Source: Raillietiella orientalis
Lineage: Eukaryota
Direction: 5' to 3'
DNA length: 64,000 nucleotides
NCBI GenBank assembly: GCA_036172245.1
Contig: JAYWIR010000006.1
Location: forward strand, 5,022,001-5,086,000
Shown here: positions 38,325 through 50,519 of the stretch, in pieces
How the letters are laid out: every line of letters starts with the position of its first letter
Position numbering within the stretch: position 1 is the stretch's first letter
The notes under the pieces: generated by a model
Told to the model about the DNA's origin: nothing
The model's database searches: none
Seen by the model: the letters and a program-made list of their open reading frames with translations, nothing else
Made by a program: the position numbers and the translations under genes

Positions 38325-39814
38325 TTATTGTCTAACTTGAATGGAAACACTGCTATCAGGTTCTCCAAAATAAACTTGCTGTGCCATGTCCACAAATAAA
38401 CCTGTTTCCACTACTCCTGGCAACATTGTTATTCCTGTGTCTATTTCTTTCCAATTATAAATCTGAGGGAATTGCCAGTCAAGAATCCAGTTCCCTTGAT
38501 CCGTAACAACGGGTCCCTAAGTGCTCATGGAATCTATCAGCTAAACAGGGATGTTAGGTACTGACTGCTTTGCGTATTCCTTGGCGCAAATTTGCAGTGC
38601 CACCCCAGCGTTTTTCAATTTTCCATTTGATTACTGCTTGCGCTACTGGCAGCACTTCAATTGGAATGCCTTGCTGCCAATGTTCCCCAAGTTGCAGGGA
38701 GCGTTTCCTATAAATGACAGATTCGTAGGTTCTTCAAATGATGGATTTTGTTCGAAGTCAAAGAAACTCAAAACGCAACCTATAGTCACAAACAATGATG
38801 AGTTCCTTAGCAGCAGATGCAACCACTTTCTCCTGTGCTAGACATGCTCCTCCACCTTTGATAAGTGTGAGATTTTTGTCTACTTCATCAGCTCCATCAA
38901 GAGCACAGTCCAGCTGATCATAAGTGTCAGATGTGAGTCAAGTACTCACTTGGCTATGTCTTGCCAAATCTGATAATTCTAATTTATGGTCTATAATGAG
39001 TTGTTGTGCTTGGAAGGAGGTGGGAATGCAGATCACCTTCAGCATTTTGGTCTTCACAAGGGTAGCTAAGGGATTTAGACATTAGTACAGTATTTTAAAA
39101 GCTGAGGGAAGCGTTTGCAGTAATAGAGTCGAGAGGGTTAGACAAGGTTTACTTGGTAAATATGCAGCTGCAAGTTTCTGTTGCAATCAACCATGCAGTA
39201 AACAATAGCTCATCTGATCACTTGAGCAAACAGTTTGCAGCAAGAACATGTACATTAGTAGATTCACTTTTCAGAATGCGAACCCAGAACATATATGATT
39301 GACTTATTAGTCAGTTATACTGATGCATGTCATACTGAGCTTTTGGCAATACGAACTCTGACACCCAAAACATTTCTCTACATCTTTTATTTGTCATACA
39401 AGACCAGCATGCACAGGCTCCTGATCACATCCACACTCATACTTTCGGTATTAATTTATGCTTGCGAAACTTTGCAGTCTGTAAATCAATGGCACTTTGT
39501 CGCCTAAAAATACTTTGGCATGTGGGTATTCAAAAACTGAATGTGTAACAAGCCAAACCCTTACATAAATCGATCAGAGTCAGGGTTCAACTACGAAGTT
39601 CAACTTTGTTCTTTCAAGTATGCAAAGAATGGTTAATCTCACCTAAATATTCCACAACGTGCACTATGGTAGATCCCGATCCTATACCTAAAACTGCTCC
39701 ATCCTTACAAGCAAATTAAAAATACTCAGATGCATGAATACTCACAAATACATGTGCATCAACAGCTTTTTGGGCTGCCTGGCGTTTGGCTATTTCTATG
39801 TTTTCCCCACTCAT
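38325..39814 (-). CDS. RPIA: Ribose-5-phosphate isomerase A, 6 exons (not in the ORF track)
   Basis: Exons 39814-39746 ([19 protein letters not shown]), 39703-39643 (VLGIGSGST), 39065-38950 ([10 protein letters not shown]), 38913-38780 ([23 protein letters not shown]), 38707-38566 (GIPIEVLP) and 38516-38325 ([14 protein letters not shown]...PGVVETGLF). The RpiA signature motifs are present. Confidence 0.96.
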
Positions 39815-40055
39815 GACTGCATGCTTTATTTGATACTAACAATACAAACACATTTCACAAACACAATGTGGTACGTGGCACACACTACCACAATGTTTTG
39901 CCCACATAATTACAGATAATCATTGAATGTTATGTATTTTCTGGAGGCACAACACAGACCAATGGCAATGATAGCACAGACATCATATCCATGCTAAATC
40001 CAGAAGCCCCAGTACCAGTTCTGGAAAGTCCAAGGCAACAAAGCAGCAACAGGTA

Positions 40056-43000
40056 TCATTGAGAAGCAGCGCTGTCGGAAAAAAATGAAGGAGCTGCATC
40101 CCCTCGACAAATTGGGCAGGTTCGATTTGACTTGACACACAAGTTATCCTTTCAAAAAGTTTTTTTTTTTTTTTTTATCTTACCTTCAACCATTTATCCA
40201 CACATTTGGCATGAAACTCATGACTACATGGTAGCATTCGAAGCATATGACATGGCTCAAAATCACACATGCATACTACACAGGTGCTTTGATCACCATC
40301 ATGAGTATCGGCATTGTATTGATAAGCAGGCAACTGTTCAATGTCATTTCGAGTGAGCCCCCGAGGTCTGGCTTCCCCAAGCCTTTCTGCAAGGTTCAGC
40401 AGGGCTTCATAATTTTCTTCTGATTCTGCTTCTGAACTAGGCACTTCAGGAGAGGCAGTTCCATATGTACCTAATCCAGGATTGATCATAGCTAATACAT
40501 GCATCAAGAAACTTGGAGTAGGTAAAGGAGAATAATTGCGAGAATGAGAAGTTGCTGGGATTCCTTGAGGTTGCATATGGGATGGGCGTTCTCTCCATGA
40601 ACGGTGAGTTGAATTTCTAGAACGGTGTAGCAAATGGTGGTTGACATGTAAGTTGGATGACTGCATAGCATACTGAAGAAATAATCAGTTAGATTAATTA
40701 GCTTCACCTCTGGATAGAACATGGGAGGAGAAGTATAACCAATCTGGTGATGGCCAATTCGTAAAGGAAGCCCAGCTAATAATGGGTTGTGGTGTAGATT
40801 ATCTGCAGCTGCTCCTTCTAAACGATGATGCTGTTGCTGTTGTGAATGGTGGTGGTGATGGTGGTGGTGGTGGTGGTGGTGATGATGGTGGTGATGATGA
40901 TGATGATGGGAATCATGTTCACCTCTCTGCCAATTAACCATTCTTACTCGATTTTTTATTTTCCTTTACACTGTCACCTGAGATTGCAGCTGCAGTGGAT
41001 GCATGTGATATGAAAAACTTGCTGGAGCTTGCTGTTGTGTTGGGAGAACATTTGGAGTACCTACTGTTACAAATGTCGAATGTGTTTGAGCAGCCAGATT
41101 GGGAATCTGATTCAGCAAACAGAAATAATAACACATGCATCATAGCTGTACCTGACAGGAAGTCAAATGGGTAGTAGCACAAGTGTAAATATTCTGAACT
41201 TGGCATGTTGGCAATCGGGAAGTTGAGCATATTGACAAGTTTGGAGTACTGTATAAGGATGAAACAAAAGGATGGCTAACAGGCACCTATTGTTGAACGA
41301 GAATGTATTAAACAAATATAAAAAACAATAACTGATTAAATTACAAATAAGACAGTTCCAAGTGTGATTTGCAAGATTGGCAACCACCACAAGGTCTATC
41401 CACTATGCAGAAACATGGTTACCTTACACCCAAAGTGAAAAGATCTGAGTTGAAGGCATTCCATAAAAGTGTTGTTCAAAACATGTTATTTCTGTACCCA
41501 ATGAAAAACTGAGTGCGGGACATTTAAGTCACAGAAGCTACAAATGGGAAAACCAGCAACTAACAAGCAGTAATATCGAAAACAAAATAATGTAATACAA
41601 CTAAACAAACTAGAATGTCAAAAATTCATGTCACACACATGTACATTTGTATGCATGCGCACTTAAAACAAAAGAACATCATGCACGCTTCAATGGCCAA
41701 AGCTTATATATCTATGGCACTGGATGAATGAGAGATGGCTTGCAATCCATTTTTTCACTCTTACCAACAACACACGCTAACAAGTTGACTGTACAAATGG
41801 ACTTACCACTCCAGGAATCAACATATACGGAAACACGGCCATTCCTAAATCAAGCTTACTACAACGAAACGTTTGCGTCCGCACATTACAATCACTTGAA
41901 TGGGGCTTATGGTGAGCCCGATTTACTATGGATACAGTAGTGAAAGTACTTAGCAACCAGACGTACTGCTCCAAGCGTGTCCACGGGTGGAAAATCAAGT
42001 TGTTGCCGGAGCGATTTCAGTTTTCCTCAGCGAGAACGAAAAAGCATCGAGGCACTAAGCGGAAGCAGCAGTTTTTACGCAATCACTCGGTTTTACGTCT
42101 CCGTTAGAGCACGGTAATCCTTAACAAAAGCAGGAGAGGGGGGGGGGGAGAGGAGGACGAGGAGGAGAGAGAGAGAGGGAGAGAGAGTGGGGGGAGAGAG
42201 AGAGAGAGAGAGAGAGAGGACAGGGACGCCCGACAAGCACGACAGAACGCGTTATCGACTGCAAATAGCCTATACTACGACGCTGTTCCGGTCATGCGCC
42301 AGCCATCTATCGGGAGGCACTGACAACAACAATTCAGCTGTACGTCGGATCACATTGCTTTCGGGTGGAAAACACTTCACTGGGTACGTGGGCACTGGGG
42401 AGGAGGAGGAGGAGGAGGAGGGGGGAGGGAAGAATTCCAGCCACCCGCATAAGCTCCCTTTATGGGAACCTGGAAGAAAAAAATTACCCACGGCAGTCGG
42501 AGGAGGAAGACGGTGGGACGCAATCAGGGAAGGGGGAGGGAAGAGGAGGAGGAGGAGGAGGAGGAGGGTGGGGGGGGGAGGAACACACACGGGACCCGAC
42601 CTCTCAACACACCGTACCTGCGATCCGTCCATTACTCGGGAAGGTTGCAGAGCCAGATTCGAATACTCCCAGCTCGGACTGCAGCAAATGGAGTTTATGG
42701 AAGCACCGTTCGGTGAGATGCCTTGACAGTGGGACTGCACCGTGGGCACGGCCACGATGGATTTTCTAGGAGACACACACACACGTTGAGACAAACAGGG
42801 GGGAAAAAAGGAGTCACTTGTAAATGTCGACGTACGGGGCTCCCAGCTTTTCTCGATCGGCGATCCTTCGCATGCTATAGTGTGACAGCGACGGGCGACG
42901 TCGTCGACGTGTGGCTGGCATTTCTCTTAATGAATTTAAGGAACTGATAACACTTCTCTCGATGTTCGACTGCGACGGGGACAGCCTGCGTCGTTTTATG

Positions 43001-43292
43001 TTTGGACTGTCGCTCTGAAGTCAACAACAGACTTATGAGCACGAGAACATTCGACTCCTATCGGTACGTGAACAGAAAAAAACGGAGGGGAAAGAAAGGA
43101 AAACAAAACAAAAAAAAAAAAAAAAGACAGTTTAAAGGTCGTTTGAGAGACCACGGCTGTCTCACAGGAATCGTCCGTCCGCAAGGTAAGATGGAGCCTG
43201 TTTACCCGCGATGGCACATCAGAAGGAGGAGGAGGAGGAGCAAAACAACGCCGCCACCACCACCACCACCACCACCACCACCACCACCACCA

Positions 43293-43323
<31 letters not shown>

Positions 43324-44660
43324 CAACAACAACCCATTTCACATGCCATTCATTTTCTCTCAACATAAAAACGCCCAAGGCATCAAGTACGCATGGCTCC
43401 CTCGTCAATATTTCTGCTACATTCATGGCGGTCGGCGCGCTTCTAGACCGTTACTCACACTTATTCCAAAGATTGCTTTAGAAATACCTTTGTGATCACG
43501 TCATCATCGCGCCAGTTGTTCAGGGCCATGTTTGCTGGCTGGGTCATATTCCCCTGATTCAGATGATCGTGTTGCGCATCTGGAATTAAAATATGCTCCT
43601 TACAGGTAAGTAACGAATATCCCAAAAGCTGGCCTCGGGCTGCTTTCGAAAGTTATACGGCTTTCAATAAAGTTTTTACTGTTTTCCCCGTACACGAAAA
43701 CACGCTGGACAATGAGAGACAATGCTCCCCGTTTCCTGAATAGTCCAGAGCCATTCAAACTGAAAACACGTGAGGGGTAAATCCCTCGCCTTGAGAAAAA
43801 CGATTTCCCCTTATTATGGGCGAATGCGCGAACCCAAAAGCTCCCATGCAGCCGAATGTCCCTCTGGGTATCTCTCTCTTCCCCTTCTGACAAGTGAAAA
43901 AAAAAAAAAAAAAACTTTTGGGGTGCCGTTACAGGTGCGTTCCCACGAAACATCCACCTGCCAGGGGAAGGTAAATAACGACAAATTCAAGAGGAAGGAT
44001 AAAATGCATTCCCGAGGGGTTTTTTTTTTTTTTTTTTTTCCCCCTGTGTACCGAACCTCCACGTATCCCCCCCCCCGCCCGATCGGCTTGGAGGAAGAAT
44101 TGGGTTTTCACACTCATATCTTCAATCAAAACAACGTAAATTCACCTCGTAGTATAGGCCGGAGATCATATCCTATACTGGGGCTATGCAACTCCATGGT
44201 AACAGTGTTCAGACCAGGACTTAGATTAAGAACTGGAGAAGAACTATCAAAACTAATGGGAAGAGGTTCCTAGGGAGAAAAAAAAACAAAAAAACACACA
44301 CAAATGGGAGCCTGACTTAAACAGGCAATCAAAATGAATGATCAAAATGGCTTAACACAATCACATGAATTGAATATATCATATACACTCTTTGCAAGTA
44401 GTAAGGAAAATAGTAAGGAAATACTATTTTTTTTTTTTTTTACTTGTAGAATGCTGACGTTTAGTGGACCAGTTTGGGGGCATTGTTCTAACCGAGTTTC
44501 TACAAAGTGGGAAGAATCACTATGGAAATAAGCTGGCTGATGCATGTAATCTTGATGAGATGTGGGACTGAATCGTTGAGTGGGTCCATTTCTTGTAGTA
44601 CTTTTCTGTAAGTAATAGAGCAAATTTTCCTTTGGACCTTGGCTAGGAGCAATGGGCATG
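40056..44660 (-). CDS. RNF38: RING-H2 E3 ligase RNF38/RNF44 family (murashka-like); 5' end uncertain
   Basis: ENYEALLNLAERLGEARPRGL and RING-H2 CVVCMCDF...LPCSHEFHAKCVDKWLK|SNRTCPICR. Exons 40130-40056, ~40672-40184, 40926-40708, 41106-40978, 41286-41152, and probably 42721-42618, 44269-44146 and ~44660-44444. More upstream exons are possible. Confidence 0.9.
43224..43333. repeat. Compound trinucleotide microsatellite (GGA)(CCA)(GCA)(ACA)
   Basis: Directly visible; lies in an RNF38 intron. Confidence 0.95.
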
Positions 44661-44687
44661 GCATATATATATGTGTGTATGTGTATG

Positions 44688-44728
<41 letters not shown>

Positions 44729-45182
44729 GATAACTGCTTGATTTATTTGTATAGTTACTATAATCACAGCAACACAATACTGATTACATCAACTAAAACA
44801 CAGATCTGGTATTAATGCTCAACTTATTTTTAAAGTCATAAGGAGAGGCAAAAAAAAAAAGGAGAAACCAAGTGACACCAACATGGGTGACACCTCCTTG
44901 CACATTCATGCATCCTTCTTTACACACAAAAAACAATGGAAGAGTAGCATCCATGCAAACTTGCACTCCCTACTGACAAAAACGTGTGGCTTCAACTTCA
45001 TGTAGGCAAGTGCGGGGAAACGGAATTGCAGAATAAGAAGGAAACTGCACCGAATGCATGCTATTCGAAAATCTCTGTGCTTTCCCAATTCGAATTCTAG
45101 ACCAAGGAAGCGGAGCTTCTGATGCACTGCGACGCAGTGGATTTCTAATTTCTGCTATGCCCAGAAAGGCTGGGCTTGCAAC

Positions 45183-45183
<1 letters not shown>

Positions 45184-45248
<65 letters not shown>
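45184..45248. repeat. Poly(T) run of about 65 nt
   Basis: Longest homopolymer in the window. Confidence 0.9.
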
Positions 45249-45251
<3 letters not shown>

Positions 45252-45476
45252 GACAAATGCAGATCAAGTAAAGTCATTTAACATTTCACATGACAACTCA
45301 CAAACAATGCAATGGAAGCAGATACACTGCAGCTGCACCATGGCAAATCTTCTGAAAGGCACGCATTCCACGGCAAATGCAAACAGCGATCTTCGTTGGC
45401 ACCATTTCTCACACACACACACACACTTATGGCAATCCACCTCTCTGATACCGTGTGGAGAAGAGGAGGAGGAACA

Positions 45477-45507
<31 letters not shown>

Positions 45508-48500
45508 GGGAGGGGGGGGAGGTGAGAGAGAGAGAAAGAGAGAGGGGGGGGGGAAACCACACCACCACCACCACCACCACCACTTTTGGTGATGTCACAC
45601 ACTTCCACACACGACTTTCACGAAACACAGCCTCCCGCTCGGGGGAACATGCAGTTACTGGCAACGAAGAGCTTCCCCACCGGGAACCCGTGTTCCTTCC
45701 TTCCTTCCCTCACGTATGGCAAACGTTACATGCCCGTCTGCTGCTGGATCGGCGAATATGCGTACGGGACATGTGTACGGGAATATCCTCCCGCGGAGAG
45801 CACACACACACACACACACGCGAAAAGAAAAAAGAAAAGAGGGAGGAGGAGGAGGAGATTTTCAAGCTTTCGAAAATTGATCTCGTCAAATCAGATGGAA
45901 AAACTATATATAGCTTATTTGCATTGCGGAGATTAATGCTGACTTTCCGTTCTCGAGCACTGCTGCTGCTGCTGACAGCTCCTTTAAAAATAGTTTTCTT
46001 GACATTTTCGGGGTGTTTCCAGCTGACTGAGTGTTCAGACTTCACGTGGGATGATGCTTAGCATGGGATGGAACACGAGGTCTTCGGTGCCGGGAACTTG
46101 TGTGGCAAACCGGATCTAATTTTAAAACCACTGCAATCGAGGTGACTCCTGCACGCAGATCGATTTTCTTTTCTTTTTTTTTTTCTTTTTTTTTATTCCG
46201 ATCCTAACGAGCCTTTTTTTTTTTTTTTTTTTTTTTTTTCGATCTGGTCTCCCTGTCGCCGTTTTCGCCGGATGAAAATATCGAAAAGGTTTAAATCCTC
46301 TTCGGGATGCACAGCATCCGCCGCTGCCTACTTCCAAGGTGCATTTTTCCCCTCCCGTCAGGCTCTGCAGTTGGATGGCAGTCATTAACAGTGCATTAAA
46401 AGCACGCCAAATATGTCGTATCTCACCTGCCTAGATTTGGCCCGTTCCTGGAACTGGTGATATCCTCGAATAGGCACGCATCTCTGGCGCGCCCGCCGAA
46501 ATTACATTCATCTCTGCACTACATACCGAAATTACATTCGTTCCCGAGGAAAATGGCTTCTCTTCAAAGCCAGCGTCCGCTTCTTTCAGCAAACCATCCC
46601 TCCCATTCGGATTTGTCCTTTATGCTCGAGCAGGAATCGGTTCCGGCTATGTCCCGCCAGCTGGTTCGCAGCTCCACCACGGTTCTCGCAGAATCTCCCA
46701 TTGGAGATGGCAGAGCATCGGCGGAATGCGAAAATGTCGAATCGCGAGGCAGATGCACGTGGAAGCCCTGATTCAGGGGTGCACCGAGCACTTCCTCCGG
46801 GGAAACACAAAGTATGAGCCACCCTATTTGCTCGCAAAGGCATCTCCTCCACCTTGTGTTGCGCACGAGGTGGAGAAGAAGTCGTTGTGCATTGCAGGGA
46901 ACAACAGGAAGGCAAGGACGGCTTGTTCTGGGCGTGCAGGGGATAAGGGGAGCAGTCAAAGTGGCCCCTCTCTGGCTGGGGGGCGATCCACGCAGTGGAA
47001 TGTGAAAAGCACAGATTTCGAAAATTCGACGTCAATCGATTGACGGAACACTCAAATAGGCGTGCAGGGGCTTCGCTTGGCATTAATTAGTGCAGCAGTA
47101 TTGCAATTGTTCTTTTACATCCGATTTTTTTTTTTTTCCTTGGAAAAAGTACTTTCAAAAAATAAAGGTGCTTTAAAAAAAAAAAAAAAAAAAAAAGGAA
47201 AAAGAAAACAGTTAAGATGCTGGCCTGTTGTCTCCAATTTTATGAATAAGAAATTGCGCTCAGGCTATTAGAACATCAAAGTTAAAAATATTCATGAAGC
47301 AATGATAAAATGGCTTCCTCATGGAATAGAACAGAATACTGAGTGAGCACACAAGCACATAGGAAATCATCAGGAAAAGTTTCAAAAAAAAAAAGTAGGA
47401 TGACGCTCCGGTGGAGCCTGTCTTTCTAAAGGAATCGCTAAATTATCTAACAAAATAGAGAACAGTTGGTTAATCGCTCGAGTTAGGTCCTGGCAGCAGT
47501 TTTCACAAAACCGTAGAATGACGCCGTGTTTATCACTTTCGGTGATTCGATATCTACACAGAAGGGAAGGTATTCCAAAAAATGTGTCCATTCCAGTCAG
47601 GATTTCCCAAGTGCCCTGATGGGGAAAAAAAATCATTGGGCTATGAACCGGTCTAAAAATTTTTGTTACTTGGCCCACATGGGACTCAAGGCCTAAAATT
47701 AAGATCTTTAGTAATGGGTGGAAAGAATTTTCCAGGAAAGCGTCAGTGAAAACGATCCAATTGATATTGATTTGGGGCATATCAGGAGAGCACAGGAAGA
47801 GGAGGATTATTAACATTCATGTAAATGACGAGTTCGAATAAATCAGGAAGCAAAGCAGGAAAAGGTTATACGAAGGATTGACTTGATCTTTTTGACTTAC
47901 AAAACTTACCAAAGATTAAAAAAAAAAAAAAAGGAAAAACATTAAGACTTTTAACTGTTTGATCCTGCATCGTCAGACGTAGAACAGCAACCACTTAACG
48001 CATCTTAACACACACATTATTTGTTGATTGCTGTGTCGTTTCAGTGATCTTTAAAGTCTGCCTTGGAACGCAAACCATGCCAAAAAAAGTGATGCCAGAT
48101 ATTGCTGGATATCTTGCTGATTTGTAACAGCAGTCGATGCTTTTTATTCATCTCAAACATCCGTGCATTCATTTCTGTTCAGAATTCCATTTTGAAAATT
48201 CATTCGGGCACAGTGGATTGCAGCACGGTGGATGAAACTCGTTAGTACACATTTACAATCAATGCTCTTTTCGTGCGCTCTTAAGAGGGAATCCACTAAG
48301 GCCATAACGTCCAGCATGGTCAAGTTCTCATTTGAAGGCGTCCACCGATATCAAGGTGCAACTTGGAAAATGGCGGAAAGGTCATGCTGACCGCCAGGTG
48401 TTTCTGATCCCACCGGAACCTCTCTGTTTCAAGTGCACCCAGTTTTTAAATGACTACAAACATTGGGAGACCAGTTTCTTCCAACTGCTCTCATGGACAT

Positions 48501-50477
48501 CCTTACCGGTATCGGTCTCCGCATGCATTCGATATCTTATCTGAAAGCAGGCTGAATTTGAGCACTCTCACAGCAAGACCTCTCTCTGCACCTCGAATAA
48601 ATTTCTTTGAAGAAATCGTTCGGTCTCTCTGAATGAGGACACTCCATGGCATCAAAACGAACTTTGCTTCAGCCTTTTCTGACAGCAGGAGACCCTTTCC
48701 TCAAGTGCGAACATTCCACGTTCTTCCTAGAAGGTTTGGAGAGCCACAGCTAGGATGCCGTCCTGCGTCCATCATCCTGATCGGCTGTTCTCTTGTACTT
48801 TGTTTGAGAACTCCTACCAACTGTCAAAGTATTTTCTTTGTGTCCTTTCTGAATCTAGTTTTTCGCAATGGTCTGCCTGTTTATCTTCGCGATTTCTGGG
48901 ATCCCCTGCAAATTTTCGCTTGGAGCAGCAACCCTCTTGCCGGAACAAAGGTGAACTGGCCCGTGTCCGACCGCGTTTTGGTCAGCGACTGCTTGCTGCC
49001 ACACCGGGGCTCCTGCATGCAGTTTCGCATCACCTTTCCTGCTAGTCACTTTTCTGCCCGACTTGCCCCCAGGCCCTTAGGCATTTTCGTCGTGATCTGG
49101 ACGAATGCGTTTCCTGGTGCACTTCCAGTTTTGGGGATAGCTTGATCTTCACCGCACAAAGCAAGCAAGCAAGCAAAAGCCGTGCGATGTTACTCAAGTT
49201 TTCTTGATTCACCATTCATTTTTTTTCTTTCCTCCCCCCCTTAGTTTCCTTTCGAAGTAGGCGAGTTCCAAAAACCGGTCCATTTCTTATCTGCAGAGGT
49301 TTTCTTCCTCGGATGCAATGCTCGGAAGTTTCCCTTTTCCTTCTGTTGAATGTGAATGCCGTTCATTACCATAACTGTTCCGTCCTGCTGATTATCGTCG
49401 TGTGCATTACGTGAAGCTCTTTGCAAGCAAATCCAATAAGCCTACACCAAAGTTCCCCAACCGTTTTTCCACAAAGGTTGCCAGAGGTTCTGCCTGCGTT
49501 GCGTTTATGAAATTCGCGAACGCGTTCAGTATGGAAAATGCAAACTCTTCGTTATTAACCGTTTACCTCCCTTTAAGGAATTTATTTGTACCCATTGGCA
49601 TCGCTTTCGGTCCCCCCCTCCCTTCCCCCTCCTGCCCAAACTTTACTCTTTATGGAGAACGCCGAAATACACATCAATGAGAGAAAGCACCGCCTTTCTT
49701 TGTAGTTTGTAAGCAATCTTTTGATTCGCAAGTCAGGAAGTCCGTTTTTCTTTTTTTTCCTCTTCTTTTCTCTCTTTTTTTTTTTTTTTTTTGCACACTC
49801 GGCTAAGTGATTTTTCGTACATAATTCCCATTCGTCGTTGCGTAACCAGAAACAAAACAACAGCAGCAAGCATTCGATTCATCGTCACACGACCGGGGAT
49901 TGACGCGACGTTTGCCTCTTCCTGACTTTGGGAATTTCTGAAAACTGCCCTTTTCCGATTCGTGACGTTTCCGTGTCTTTCGGTATGTTTTGCCAACGAT
50001 GAATGTATTGACGTTCCGCAGCAACCCCGCGAGAGGAGGCTTCCCAGCTTCCCGGAATCACTGCGGATCATTTTCGCAGGTCGGCTCCGCGCTGGGAACC
50101 CCTCGGAGGAGGATGGCTGCGTATCGACGCCAGGATGACGTCGCAGTCGCATCATCATCCCGAGACGAATCACCTGGGTACTCACCGCTCCGGCCCGATT
50201 CCAATGCACTTCGAAGTAATTTTTCCCAGGCTGAGCAGATTTCGCACGAATCGGTCCTCCGATGTGTTTTCGTGTGAGTCGACATCGGCAGAAGAAGGGG
50301 ATGCAGCGAACGGGAAAAATCTGATTCATCACTTCCTCCTTGCAAGCGTACGTTTCTGTGCTTTCGTTTCCGGATTTTATCGATGATGGAATCGAAATCG
50401 AAAGAAACACGTGAGCAGGCCATTCCCTCCCTTAGGGAGCCCTAGCGAAACATTAAAGTATCGACTGCAAAAACAAC

Positions 50478-50519
<42 letters not shown>

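Noticed and set aside
48500..48740. RTE-type endonuclease start (GRTWNVRT) on the minus strand
   Set aside because: One short motif followed by a stop; downstream motifs are unconvincing.
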